Assembly: GCA_963823555.1 (NCBI GenBank)
Contig: CAWGMA010000002.1
Coordinates: 288,001-352,000, forward strand
DNA: 64,000 bases
Source: Candidatus Eiseniibacteriota bacterium
GTDB lineage: Bacteria > Eisenbacteria > RBG-16-71-46 > CAVPCR01
Reading direction: 5' to 3'
Both the position numbers and the translations under genes were made by a program. This document shows, piece after piece, positions 49,346-58,773 of this stretch. Numbering within the stretch: the stretch's first letter is position 1; each line of letters begins with the position of its first letter. The notes under the pieces were generated by a model that was not told where the DNA came from, searched no databases, and worked only from the letters and a program-made list of their open reading frames with translations.

Positions 49346-51630
49346 GTCTGATCCTCGACTGCGATCCAGGACGGCGGCTCGACCGCGGTGGAACCGAGAT
49401 CGAGATGCCACAGGTGGACAGGAGCCGAACTCCCATCCGCTGTGGCCGGTCCCGCCGCCTCCCGCTCGGTGAACCCGTGGCGGGCGTAGAAATCGCGTGC
49501 CGGCGCGTTCTTCTTGGTCTCGATGTACTCGCCGACGAGCCTGGTCACGCCCTGCGCGCGCCCGGCGGCGGCCACGGCGGCCAGGAGTGCGGTTTCGACC
49601 CCGTAGCCGATCACGCGGCAGCTCAGGATCATGCTGTCGACGATCCAGGCTTGCGGCTCCTTGCGGACGAGGGCTGCCGCTACCAGACCGTGATCCCCGA
49701 AGCGGTCGCGGGCGCGCAGCGTGTAGAACCCGAAGCGCTCGGCGTCGCGGGCGAACGACGTGAGCTCGGCGAGCTCGTAGCGCCTCGTCGTCAAGTTGAA
49801 CTGATTGGTGCGCTGGAAGACCTGCAGCAACCTCGGCAGCGAGGCGTCATCGGCCCGGGCGATCGTGACCTGGATGTCGAGGGACTCGAGATAGTCGGAG
49901 AGGGATGTCGAGTGCTCGCGGGCGAGCTTGCGTTCCCGGATCGAGCGGTACTGGTCCACCCGGCCGCGATCCTCCTCCGTGACGACCAGGCTCTGCAGCT
50001 GGGGCAGGAGCTCGATCGTGGACCGGTAGAGAGCCGGATCGTGGGGCAGATCCACGGTCAGGACGCGGGGGAACACCTGACGCATCAGCTGCCGTTCCTC
50101 CGGGCTGTCATCGATGAAGACCATCTGGTCCACTCCCAGGTTGAGCTCGTCGGCGATGCTCGCCATGTTCTCGCTCTTGGGGAGCCAGTTGATGCGGATC
50201 GCGCTGAAGTTCTCCTCGCGCAGGATCATCCCCTCGTGGTGGCGGATCACCTCCAGCGCATCATCGGGGTTGTTCTTCGAGTTGACCGCCAGGAGGATGC
50301 CGCGCTCGGTGAGCGTGCGGAGGTAGCGCTGGAAATCCTGGTATTCGATACCGGGAGACGTGTTGCCGAGCCGGATGCCGTGAAGTCCGTCCTCGCCCAC
50401 GATGCCGCCCCACAGCGTGTTGTCGAGGTCGAGAACGACGCACTTGCGGGTGAGCCCCTTGAGCGGGGCTACATAACGTGCATGCGCGCGCGCCACCTCG
50501 CCGAGGACGCCGTCGGCGAGCCGCATCGCGGCCAGGTAGCGCAGCTTCGGATGGTCGGCGCTGCCTCCGGGCCGGCGTGCCAGGACCTCCTGCATGTCGA
50601 GCAGGTAGGTGCGGGGAAGGGTCGCCAGTTGCTCGGCAAGTTGCCGGTTGAGGCCGTGGATCCAGTGCTCGCGAGTGAGAGCCGTGCTCGTCTCGACCGC
50701 TCCGCCCGGGGAACGGTAGGCCGAGTGGAAACTGTGGACCACGAGGACCGCATCGGCGCTCTCGGCGAAGCGGCGCGCCGCGAAGAGAACGCGATCGACG
50801 GCCTCGCGGCCTGCCGCCTCCAGCCCGGCGGGTCCGGCGCCGGAAGCCAGGTCCGGCACGAGGTCATCGATGGCCACGGCCAGGAAGGCGATTTCGGGCG
50901 AGAACCGGTGGAGCCCGGAATCCTCCGCCATCACCTCCTGGGTCCAGCTGTTGAAGGGCGCCACGTAGAGCTCTGGGGTGAGTCCGAGCGCTCGGAGCTC
51001 GAGGTCGAGATAGGGAGCGAGGGTCTCGATCGAGTACGAGCTCAGGAGCGCAGCGCGCACGGTGGGGCCATCGGGAGCGGGCAACGCCTGTCGCCGGCGG
51101 TGGACCAGGTTCACCGTGGCCTGCGTGGCTTCGGCCCGCGCCAGTCGCGTCAGGAGCTCGTGGGCGCGCGCGACCTCACCGGCGCGGATGGCCGCCTCGG
51201 AGGCCAGGCGCAGCAGCCCGGGGTGAGCGGGTGCGCGGGCGAGTGCCACCTCGAGAAGCGGTCCGATGGTCGCGGCGTGCTCGGTGCCGGCGGCCGCACT
51301 CAAGCGCTGGATCGTGTCCGGCGCCGCTGCATCGGCGCGCCTTTCGAGGAGCGCGCCGAGTTCCGGAATGGAGCTCGCACCATGTCGGGCGAGTCCCTTC
51401 TCGACCACGACATCCAGGAGCTGGCGGAGCGTCGCCGATGAGTCCCTGGCCGCGAAGTGCTCGCCGGCACGCAGCATGCCGGCCACTGCCAGTGGTTCGA
51501 GATGGGCGAGGGCGAACAGGGGAGCGGGTCCCGACCAGTCCAGCTCGGGGGCTGCGTTCCGCAGCCGCTCGATGAGATCAGTGTGCCGGAATGGGTCGGT
51601 CCTGCCTTCCTCTGGTCGCGCCCTCTTCAT
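49342..51630 (-). CDS. FkbH-like HAD-IIIC protein (glyceryl-ACP loading) with N-terminal helical extension
   Basis: KCVVLDLDNTLWGGIVGEDG, SKNN, INWLPK, FIDDSPEER, RTNQFNLTT, DRFGDHG, LSCRV. Confidence 0.92.
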   Translation of the reverse strand: MKRARPEEGRTDPFRHTDLIERLRNAAPELDWSGPAPLFALAHLEPLAVAGMLRAGEHFAARDSSATLRQLLDVVVEKGLARHGASSIPELGALLERRADAAAPDTIQRLSAAAGTEHAATIGPLLEVALARAPAHPGLLRLASEAAIRAGEVARAHELLTRLARAEATQATVNLVHRRRQALPAPDGPTVRAALLSSYSIETLAPYLDLELRALGLTPELYVAPFNSWTQEVMAEDSGLHRFSPEIAFLAVAIDDLVPDLASGAGPAGLEAAGREAVDRVLFAARRFAESADAVLVVHSFHSAYRSPGGAVETSTALTREHWIHGLNRQLAEQLATLPRTYLLDMQEVLARRPGGSADHPKLRYLAAMRLADGVLGEVARAHARYVAPLKGLTRKCVVLDLDNTLWGGIVGEDGLHGIRLGNTSPGIEYQDFQRYLRTLTERGILLAVNSKNNPDDALEVIRHHEGMILREENFSAIRINWLPKSENMASIADELNLGVDQMVFIDDSPEERQLMRQVFPRVLTVDLPHDPALYRSTIELLPQLQSLVVTEEDRGRVDQYRSIRERKLAREHSTSLSDYLESLDIQVTIARADDASLPRLLQVFQRTNQFNLTTRRYELAELTSFARDAERFGFYTLRARDRFGDHGLVAAALVRKEPQAWIVDSMILSCRVIGYGVETALLAAVAAAGRAQGVTRLVGEYIETKKNAPARDFYARHGFTEREAAGPATADGSSAPVHLWHLDLGSTAVEPPSWIAVEDQT

Positions 51631-51763
51631 GATAGGAAAATCGGCCCTCTCCAGCGTTCCGTTTAGACGGCATCGCGCCTGTCACCGAGTCCGGGACCGA
51701 CCCGTAAGAGACGTCAGGATAGCACTTTTCGGCGGCCGATGGCCGGCCCTTGCCGGTCTCCGG

Positions 51764-52144
51764 TCACTCGCCGCGGCGGCCGCCCGCGATCTTGCCGCCG
51801 ATCAGGGCGACCGGCACGATCAGGACCAGGAACACGACATGGTACCAGGGAGGCATCAGCGCCCACACCCCGGCCTGGACCGCGATCCCGGTTGCGAGCA
51901 GCAACCCGGCCATCACCAAGACGGCACGGGAGTGGCCCCCGGCAATCCTGGCAGCCGCGAACCCCGCAGCGAGCGAGCAGACGATGCTGAGCGCGATCAC
52001 TCCGAGGAGCCCACCGGTCGCAGTGTACGGTTGACCGGACTCGACGACCTCGGCCGCATCGGCGAAGAAGACCGCGTTACCCAGGAGCCACAGCACGGTC
52101 CATACCGTGTAGCCCAATATCACTCCGAGAACGGCTCGTCCCAC
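51764..52144 (-). CDS. Small 4-TM membrane protein
   Basis: Hydrophobic helices; P.WY motif; RBS GAGAGGAG. Confidence 0.7.
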   Translation of the reverse strand: MGRAVLGVILGYTVWTVLWLLGNAVFFADAAEVVESGQPYTATGGLLGVIALSIVCSLAAGFAAARIAGGHSRAVLVMAGLLLATGIAVQAGVWALMPPWYHVVFLVLIVPVALIGGKIAGGRRGE

Positions 52145-52205
52145 CAGTTTCTCCTCTCGTGATCGGGATCCACCCGATCATACACCAGGTTTCACGACCT
52201 CCCCC

Positions 52206-52235
52206 TTGACAGGTTCTGCGCGGGGCGGATAGCAT
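52206..52235 (+). promoter_or_regulatory. Sigma70-like promoter of the rsgA leader
   Basis: TTGACA-18 bp-TAGCAT about 300 nt upstream of rsgA. Confidence 0.6.
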
Positions 52236-52305
52236 TCTCAGGTGCCACGGGTCCGAATGTGTGTCCGGACCCACCGCTCCTCACCCTAGCCTGTGGAGGT
52301 GACCT

Positions 52306-52350
52306 ATGACGACCGCCACTGTGTTCCAGGGAGCCCACTCCGGCCGTTAG
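52306..52350 (+). CDS. Putative 14-aa leader peptide MTTATVFQGAHSGR
   Basis: GGAGGT SD 5 nt upstream of ATG; TAG at 52348; lies between the promoter and rsgA. Confidence 0.5.
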   Translation: MTTATVFQGAHSGR

Positions 52351-52533
52351 GCCGCGTCTGCACGCCCGCCTTTCGGCCGACTCCCGGTCGGCTTCCCGCT
52401 AGCCCAGATCCTCGTTCATCAAGGCTCTTGCCTGGCGCTTCGCTGCGCCCTGGCGTGCCTGCGACCGTGTCCGGGGCTCGCGCCATGCCGTCCATGGCAC
52501 CTACCTGTTTGCCATAGGCAGAGGACAACCACA

Positions 52534-53619
52534 TTGCTGAGTCTGGAATCCCTGGGGTGGATCCCCTTTTTCGCAGAGCAGATCGATCTCAACGCAGAAC
52601 CAGATCGCACGCCGGTGCGTGTGGTCGAAGAGCAGCGCGGTCGCTACCGCGTCCTCGGCCCGGACGGGGAATGGCCGGCGGAGATCTCGGGGCGACTCCG
52701 TCACGCGGCGGCAGCGGATGAAGGCGAGTTCCCGGCGGTGGGCGACTGGGTCATGGCCCAGCTGCCGTCGCTTCCCAGCGGAGGCGTGGCGATCATCCAC
52801 CGTGTCCTTGCGCGCCGGAGCAAGTTCTCGCGCCGGGCGGCCGGTGAGCGCACCGTCGAACAGGTGATCGCGGCCAATGTCGACACCGTGTTCCTCGTGC
52901 AATCGCTGAACCGCAACTTCAACCTGCGCCGTCTGGAGCGCTACCTGGCTCTCCTCTGGGAGAGCGGTGCCCGGCCGGTCGCCGTTCTCAGCAAGGCGGA
53001 TCTGTGCCCTGATCCCGAGCGTCAGGTGGCGGCGGTCGAGGCGGTGGCGGCGGGCGTTGCGGTGCATGCCACGAGCGCACTCGTCGCCGGCGGTCTCGAT
53101 GGGCTCAGACCCTATCTCCGGTCGGGACAGACCGTGGCTCTGGTGGGTTCTTCAGGAGTCGGGAAGTCGACGATCGTGAACCGGCTCGCGGGTCGCGATC
53201 TGATCCCGGTCCAGGAAATCCGCGCCGATGACCGCGGCCGGCACACGACGACGGCTCGCCAGCTCGTGAGGTTGCCGGATGGGGCGATGCTCCTCGACAC
53301 GCCGGGTATGCGCACGGTCCTCATGTGGGAGGGCGAGGATGGTCTGGCGCAGACCTTCGCCGATGTCGAGACGCTGGCCGCGCGGTGTCGCTTCGGCGAT
53401 TGCACGCATGCCTCGGAGCCCGGGTGCGCCGTACGCGAGGCGATCGAGCGCGGGATGCTGGACGACGGACGGTTCTCGAGCTATCTCAAGCTCCAGCGTG
53501 AGGTCCGGCACCAGGCCAGGAAATCCGACCAGCGGCTGCGCCAGGCGGAACAGAAGCGATGGCGGCGGCTCAGTCTCGAGATGCGCCGGCGGCCGGACAA
53601 GCGCGCGGCGCGCCCCTGA
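52534..53619 (+). CDS. rsgA: Ribosome small subunit-dependent GTPase A
   Basis: PAVGDWV, IAANVD, SKADL, GSSGVGKS, GRHTTT, DTPG, CRFGDCTHASEPGCAV; TTG start. Confidence 0.93.
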   Translation: MLSLESLGWIPFFAEQIDLNAEPDRTPVRVVEEQRGRYRVLGPDGEWPAEISGRLRHAAAADEGEFPAVGDWVMAQLPSLPSGGVAIIHRVLARRSKFSRRAAGERTVEQVIAANVDTVFLVQSLNRNFNLRRLERYLALLWESGARPVAVLSKADLCPDPERQVAAVEAVAAGVAVHATSALVAGGLDGLRPYLRSGQTVALVGSSGVGKSTIVNRLAGRDLIPVQEIRADDRGRHTTTARQLVRLPDGAMLLDTPGMRTVLMWEGEDGLAQTFADVETLAARCRFGDCTHASEPGCAVREAIERGMLDDGRFSSYLKLQREVRHQARKSDQRLRQAEQKRWRRLSLEMRRRPDKRAARP

Positions 53620-53630
53620 TGGACAAGGGG

Positions 53631-53675
53631 GAAAAGCAAGACCCCGGCGGACCGGGCTCCGCCGGGGTTCTTGCT
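53631..53675 (-). terminator. Long hairpin terminator between convergent genes
   Basis: AGCAAGACCCCGGCGGA / TCCGCCGGGGTTCTTGCT; TTTT tract on the minus strand. Confidence 0.75.
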
Positions 53676-53694
53676 GCCGGGACGGGGATCCAGG

Positions 53695-55815
53695 CTACTT
53701 GACGAGCACCATCGGCTGGACGGCCACCGTGCCGCCGGCGCTCAGACGCGCGTAGAAGACTCCCGCCGGCACGCTCTTGCCGGCCGAGTCCTTGCCATCC
53801 CATACCGCCTCATCGCTGCCCGCGGCGAGAGCCCCCTCGCTCAGGGTGCGCACGAGGCGGCCGGAGGCGTCATAGATGTCGAGGCGAGCCGTCATGTTCG
53901 CCGCCAGCTCGAACGGGATCACGACCGATCGCGAGAAGGGATTCGGGCGCGCCGGCATGAGCGCGACGCGGCTCACCGCGGGCGCCCCGGGGACACCGAG
54001 CACGGTGTTCTGCGGGCCGGTCGTCGTGGCCAGGACCTCGGTGCCGGTGCCTGGCTTGAAGATGCCGAGCGTGGCATCGATCGCTGCGGGCGGGGTCTCG
54101 GCGTCGAAGCGGAAGTTGAACATGTAGCCGAACACGAGCGAGTTGGCGTTCGGGTTCTGGTCGTAGGTCTCGGTGCTCCAGGTGAGCGTCGAGCCGTCGA
54201 GGGTGACCTGCCAGTCGTTGCCGGCGTCGAAGTCGTTGTCATGGAAGCCGAGGTTCGTGATGCCCGGCACGCCGACCACGGGCAGGCTGAAGGAGCGGAT
54301 CTCGCGATCCGAGTCCTTGTTGAGAAGCGCGTACTCGTAGTGCCAGGTGCCGTTGCCGAGGTCGGTGGCCTGGACCGCGAGCATGACCTCGCCGTCGGCA
54401 GCGGCGACATTGATCGTCGTCTGCTGGTCGCCCCACCGGCCGAGCGCTGGCCCCTCGACGAGCGGGTTGTTCGATGAGGGTGTCGTGAAGTTCCATACGC
54501 TGCCGCTCCAGCTCATGGTGCACCGACGCGAGCCCCAGTTGTTCATCCGGCTGCCGTCGTTGCGGACGACATAATAGCCCTCGTAGTAGTACTCAGCGCC
54601 TGCGTTGTTGAGATCGGCGTCGAGGACCTGGAGCCGGTGGTCGATGTCGGAATGACCGGAGCCGGTGTGGCGGCGCACGCAGTCAGGTTGCCCGCCAGCG
54701 AAGTGCGATCCCGTGCATTCCCAGGTGCCGAGAAAGGGATCGACTTCGCTGCGCGGGCCGAGGTAATTACGATCGCGGTTGTTGCCTGGACCGTAGGTGT
54801 CCGAGCAGCCGACGCCGAGGAAGGTGCCGTTCGAGGGGTGCTGGCAGGGCGTGCACTGGCTGTTGGAAAGAGCGAAGAAGCCGTGCTTCATCCATGACAC
54901 GCCGACCTGCTCGAAGCGCCCATCCTTGAGCCGGTAGAGCGCCATGTGGATGAGGGGATGATCCTCCTGCATGGGAGCGAGCCAGGGCACGTCCACATCA
55001 CCCACGTTGCAGCTCGTGGTGGCCATGGTGAGGGCGGCGATCCCGTTCGGGTAGGTCCCCTCGTGTCCGGCCTGCTGGATCGAGTCGAGAATGCCGAGCT
55101 TGACGTCCGTGAGCCCACCTTCGAATACAGGCACGTAGGGCTCGGGCTCGATTCCGTGCGCTTCCACGAGCTCGGCTTGGGCCACGACCTCGACCAGCCC
55201 CACGAACCACCCCGCCAGATCGGGACGACCCATCTGCTCCGCCCACGGCTTGCTTATGCGGGCGTTCAGATAGTGAATGTAGAGCCGCTGTTCCTTGCGA
55301 TCGAAGCGGAACATCGAGTCGTGTAGCTCGAAGACGAGCGGGCTGTCCGGGACGCCAGCCCGCATGTAGAGGGAGGGGTACAGCTCGCGATCGTCAGGCG
55401 AATACACCTGGGGATCGATGTAGGCGATCTCCGGCGTGTCCACCACCTCGCGCTTGCCGGAGGCGGTATTGACGATCGTGAAGGATCCCTGGAGGCGGAT
55501 GGCGCCGCCCGCGATCCCGCCCGGGACCGGGACCCCGGCCAGAGTGCTGAACTGGAGATCAGAGCTCGGGTCGATGGCGAAGGTCCAGTTCGGGTGCTCC
55601 ATCGGCTTGACGGAGGGCTGGTCCAGATTGCCGGCGACGTCCGCGATCTCGATTCCGAGGTCCGAGAGCAGATGGGTGCTGAGGTGGATCGACGTATCAC
55701 CCGAGCGCACGGTCCAGATCTCTTCGGCCGCAGCCCGGCTTCCAGAAAGGGCGAGGATGCCCATCGCCATGATCATGAGAGCCGGAACGACCCTCACCAT
55801 GGAGGTCTTTTGCAT
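53695..55815 (-). CDS. Secreted multidomain protein with a Cys/His-rich core and FlgD-Ig CTD
   Basis: Signal peptide; RBS GAGGAG; ARPNPF..IYDASGRLV..WDGKD..PAGVFY. Confidence 0.82.
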   Translation of the reverse strand: MQKTSMVRVVPALMIMAMGILALSGSRAAAEEIWTVRSGDTSIHLSTHLLSDLGIEIADVAGNLDQPSVKPMEHPNWTFAIDPSSDLQFSTLAGVPVPGGIAGGAIRLQGSFTIVNTASGKREVVDTPEIAYIDPQVYSPDDRELYPSLYMRAGVPDSPLVFELHDSMFRFDRKEQRLYIHYLNARISKPWAEQMGRPDLAGWFVGLVEVVAQAELVEAHGIEPEPYVPVFEGGLTDVKLGILDSIQQAGHEGTYPNGIAALTMATTSCNVGDVDVPWLAPMQEDHPLIHMALYRLKDGRFEQVGVSWMKHGFFALSNSQCTPCQHPSNGTFLGVGCSDTYGPGNNRDRNYLGPRSEVDPFLGTWECTGSHFAGGQPDCVRRHTGSGHSDIDHRLQVLDADLNNAGAEYYYEGYYVVRNDGSRMNNWGSRRCTMSWSGSVWNFTTPSSNNPLVEGPALGRWGDQQTTINVAAADGEVMLAVQATDLGNGTWHYEYALLNKDSDREIRSFSLPVVGVPGITNLGFHDNDFDAGNDWQVTLDGSTLTWSTETYDQNPNANSLVFGYMFNFRFDAETPPAAIDATLGIFKPGTGTEVLATTTGPQNTVLGVPGAPAVSRVALMPARPNPFSRSVVIPFELAANMTARLDIYDASGRLVRTLSEGALAAGSDEAVWDGKDSAGKSVPAGVFYARLSAGGTVAVQPMVLVK

Positions 55816-55981
55816 GAACTCCTCTTCGCTCGATGAGTGGTGGGGTAGAAACCTGCTGGCCGCCGGGACTGGACAGAGAGGCAGGATCCGCTGGACTCCA
55901 CAATAATACCGGGGAGCAGTGGGCTACAGCAAGACGACTGTCTTGCCAATGTGAAGAAAAGAACCGGCCAACAGATCATCA

Positions 55982-55997
55982 TGTGTTGGTAATCACA
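55982..55997. promoter_or_regulatory. CRP/FNR-family-like binding site
   Basis: TGTGT-TGGTAA-TCACA, one mismatch from TGTGA-N6-TCACA, in an AT-richer intergenic region. Confidence 0.4.
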
Positions 55998-56016
55998 TGA
56001 CGACATCGGCAATGTT

Positions 56017-56054
56017 CAAGAGGAAACGGCCACCACCTCATGGGCGGTGGCCGT
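56017..56054 (-). terminator. Terminator of the GSDH gene
   Basis: ACGGCCACC / GGTGGCCGT stem followed by TTCCTCTT on the minus strand. Confidence 0.6.
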
Positions 56055-56075
56055 GGCGGCAAGTGGCGCCGGCTT

Positions 56076-57593
56076 CTAGCGGATGAGAACGAGGCGCCGC
56101 GTCCGAGCCTCGCCGTTCACCTCGGCGCGGACGAAGTAGTTACCGGATGGGCTCGCGGCTCCGCTGGCGCTGACCCCATCCCAGGCGAAGGTGCGGCTTC
56201 CGGCGGTGATCGTCTCTCCCGAGGCAAGCGTCCGCACCAGGCGTCCGGCCGCGTCGAAGATCTCGAGCGTGAGCTCTCCCTCCTGCGCCGTCTGGATCCC
56301 GAACTGCGTGAGGCCGGGGAACGGATTCGGGCTCGCCGGCGTGAGCGCGAAGCGCGGGGCGGATGGCGCTTCGCCCCCGACCCCGACCGTGTCGGACACG
56401 ATCTTGTAGATCTCGCCGTTCGTGCCCGAGCCGCGGTCGCAGAGGTAGAGCTCGCCGCTTCCGTCCTCGCCGAAGCCAGCGATCGATTGGAGCGAGAGCC
56501 CGCCGCCCGGCGCCAGCTCGCTCGTGCGCTCGGTGAACTCGGTCACCACCCCGTTCACGACCTTGAACGACCACACCTGGTTCGAGCAGAAGTCGGCGAA
56601 GAAGTAGTGGCCCGCGATCTCGGGGACGGCGCTGCCGCGATAGACATAGCCGCCGGTGATCGAGCAGCGGAAGGGCGTGCCGCCGTGGCTGTACTCGTGG
56701 ATCGGAAGCGTGAGGAACGGCTCGCCGGGGTTGCAGTTCTGCGGCGGGTTGTAGCAGTGGAGCCCCTCCATCAGCCGCCAGCCGTAGTTCTGGCCGCCCG
56801 AGTCCGGGAGCGCGGGCTGGAAATCGATCTCCTCCCAGGCGTTCTGGCCGACATCGGCGATATACATGTCGCCGGTCAGGCGGTCGAAGCTCCAGCGATA
56901 CGGGTTCCTGACCCCTTTGGCCCAGATCTCGTCGAGCGGGAGCCCGGGAGCGGCGAAGGGATTGGTCGGCGGGATGGCATAGGGCGTGCCGCCATCGACG
57001 TCGATCCGGAGCATCTTGCCGAGGAGCGTGTCGTCGCGCTGCCCGTTGTTGCTCGGATCGCCGGCGCTGCCCCCGTCGCCCATGCCGATGTAGAGGTAAC
57101 CGTCGTTGGGGCCGAAGAGGAGCGTCCCACCGTTGTGGTTGGTGTCGGGCTGATCGACGGTGAGGATCAAGAAGGCGCTCGTGACGTCGGCCGAGTCGGG
57201 GTCCGAGGACACGGTGTAGCGAGCGATCACCGTGTCGCTCGCGAGATTGGTGTAGTCGATGTAGAAGTACCCGTTCGTGGCGAAATCGGGGTGGAAGGCG
57301 AGGCCGAGGAGGCCGCGCTCGTCGTTGCCCGAGATGTTGGGGACCAGCGCGTCGATGTCGAGGAAGGGTCGCGTGAGCACCTGTCCGTTGCGCCAGATCT
57401 TGATGACTCCGCGTTGCTCGATGATGAACAGCCGGTCGTCCCCGGGCGGGGCGGTGACGAAGATGGGCCGGTTGAGCCCGGAGGCGATGCGCTCGGTCGA
57501 GAGCGCCGCGCGGGCGGGCTCCGAGGTCATGAACCCCGCGAGGAGAGCCAGCGCGAGGCCCGGAAGGGCGAGGGAGAAGGGGCGACGGGTCAT
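56076..57593 (-). CDS. PQQ-dependent sugar (glucose/sorbosone) dehydrogenase with FlgD-Ig CTD
   Basis: ERGLLGLAFHPDF, NHNGG, GMGDGG, LGKMLRID, GVRNPYRWSFD, ADVGQNAWEE, SITGGYVYRG; SPNPF..WDG CTD. Confidence 0.92.
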   Translation of the reverse strand: MTRRPFSLALPGLALALLAGFMTSEPARAALSTERIASGLNRPIFVTAPPGDDRLFIIEQRGVIKIWRNGQVLTRPFLDIDALVPNISGNDERGLLGLAFHPDFATNGYFYIDYTNLASDTVIARYTVSSDPDSADVTSAFLILTVDQPDTNHNGGTLLFGPNDGYLYIGMGDGGSAGDPSNNGQRDDTLLGKMLRIDVDGGTPYAIPPTNPFAAPGLPLDEIWAKGVRNPYRWSFDRLTGDMYIADVGQNAWEEIDFQPALPDSGGQNYGWRLMEGLHCYNPPQNCNPGEPFLTLPIHEYSHGGTPFRCSITGGYVYRGSAVPEIAGHYFFADFCSNQVWSFKVVNGVVTEFTERTSELAPGGGLSLQSIAGFGEDGSGELYLCDRGSGTNGEIYKIVSDTVGVGGEAPSAPRFALTPASPNPFPGLTQFGIQTAQEGELTLEIFDAAGRLVRTLASGETITAGSRTFAWDGVSASGAASPSGNYFVRAEVNGEARTRRLVLIR

Positions 57594-57858
57594 GGCAGGT
57601 CCTCTTCTGGGATAGGGTTCGCGCGATCGACGAGGTCAGCAGGGAGTGGCCGGCGGAGCCGGGATCCTCCCTTGGGATTCGAGCACGCCTGCCGCGGATG
57701 CACGGATTGCCGGCGCGTCGGGAATGGGGACAACGAGGTGCGATATGCGCGCGAGACGGATGGAGATATGCTTGAGGGGGCAGTCCCGGCCGCTGGCACC
57801 GCCGGCGCGCCCGGCGCGACCAGCTGTCTCCGCCGCTCTGCGGCGGGAGGAGGCGGAT

Positions 57859-58773
57859 ATGAGAATCCTCTTCACCCTTGTCCTCATGCTCGGAACGGCC
57901 GGGCTGGCGCATGGGGCGCCGACCGTGTACACGGACGAGAGCGCCTTTCTCGCTGATCTCTCCCTGCTCGGGTATCAGATCCTCACGGAGAGCTTCGAGG
58001 ACGATGCTGCCTGGGGCTCGGTGCGGACCACGATCGGCGGGGGTACGCACACGGCGCCGAGCATCACCCATCTCGGCGTCACCTGGATGGCCAACAACCC
58101 GAACGGCGGGGTGACGACCGGAAACGGCCCCGCCCGTACCGGAGAATGGGGTTTCTTCTGCCTGCCCCACGGCGATTACCCCAACGGGGTTCGCGACGGC
58201 TTCGTCGCGACGTCGGCTCAGCCCATCTTCGGCGTCGGCGGGTGGTTCGTGACCAACACTCCATTCGCCAAGATCGTCATCATCCTCGATGGCGGCCGCA
58301 TCGCCGACTTCGGGGACCGGCTGCTCGGCAGCCAGCATGACTTCTATGGTGTCATCGACACGGATGGATTCTCGAGCTTCGAGGTGAACGAAACCGAGGG
58401 CACGCTGGAAGATCAGAAGTTCATCTTTGCCGATGACTTCTCGTTCACGCCGGCGGAGCTGATCGCGGTCGCGGACCAGCCCGCGGCGGTCCCTCATTTC
58501 GGGTTCCTCCCCGGTGTTCCGAACCCATTCAGGTCGACGACGCAGCTTCGCTACGAGCTATCCCGGCCGTCTCGGGTCACTCTCCAGATTCGCGATGTGT
58601 CGGGCCGGCTGGTGCGAGAGCTCTGCCGTGACGCCGACCAGCTTGCCGGGCTGCACGTCGCAGCATGGGATGGCAGGGATGCCCGCGGAGGCCTTGTTCC
58701 CAGCGGGATCTACTTCTCCAGCCTGGAAGGGGACGGCAAGGTCCAGACAGGACGAATCGTCCTGGTTCGTTGA
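57859..58773 (+). CDS. Secreted beta-sandwich protein with FlgD-Ig CTD
   Basis: GGAGGAGG RBS; signal peptide; VPNPF..DVSGRLVR..WDGRD..PSGIYF. Confidence 0.82.
   Translation: MRILFTLVLMLGTAGLAHGAPTVYTDESAFLADLSLLGYQILTESFEDDAAWGSVRTTIGGGTHTAPSITHLGVTWMANNPNGGVTTGNGPARTGEWGFFCLPHGDYPNGVRDGFVATSAQPIFGVGGWFVTNTPFAKIVIILDGGRIADFGDRLLGSQHDFYGVIDTDGFSSFEVNETEGTLEDQKFIFADDFSFTPAELIAVADQPAAVPHFGFLPGVPNPFRSTTQLRYELSRPSRVTLQIRDVSGRLVRELCRDADQLAGLHVAAWDGRDARGGLVPSGIYFSSLEGDGKVQTGRIVLVR

Noticed and set aside
55929..55948. Possible sigma-54 promoter (TGGCA...TTGC, minus strand)
   Set aside because: GG-to-GC spacing is 15 nt rather than the required 10.
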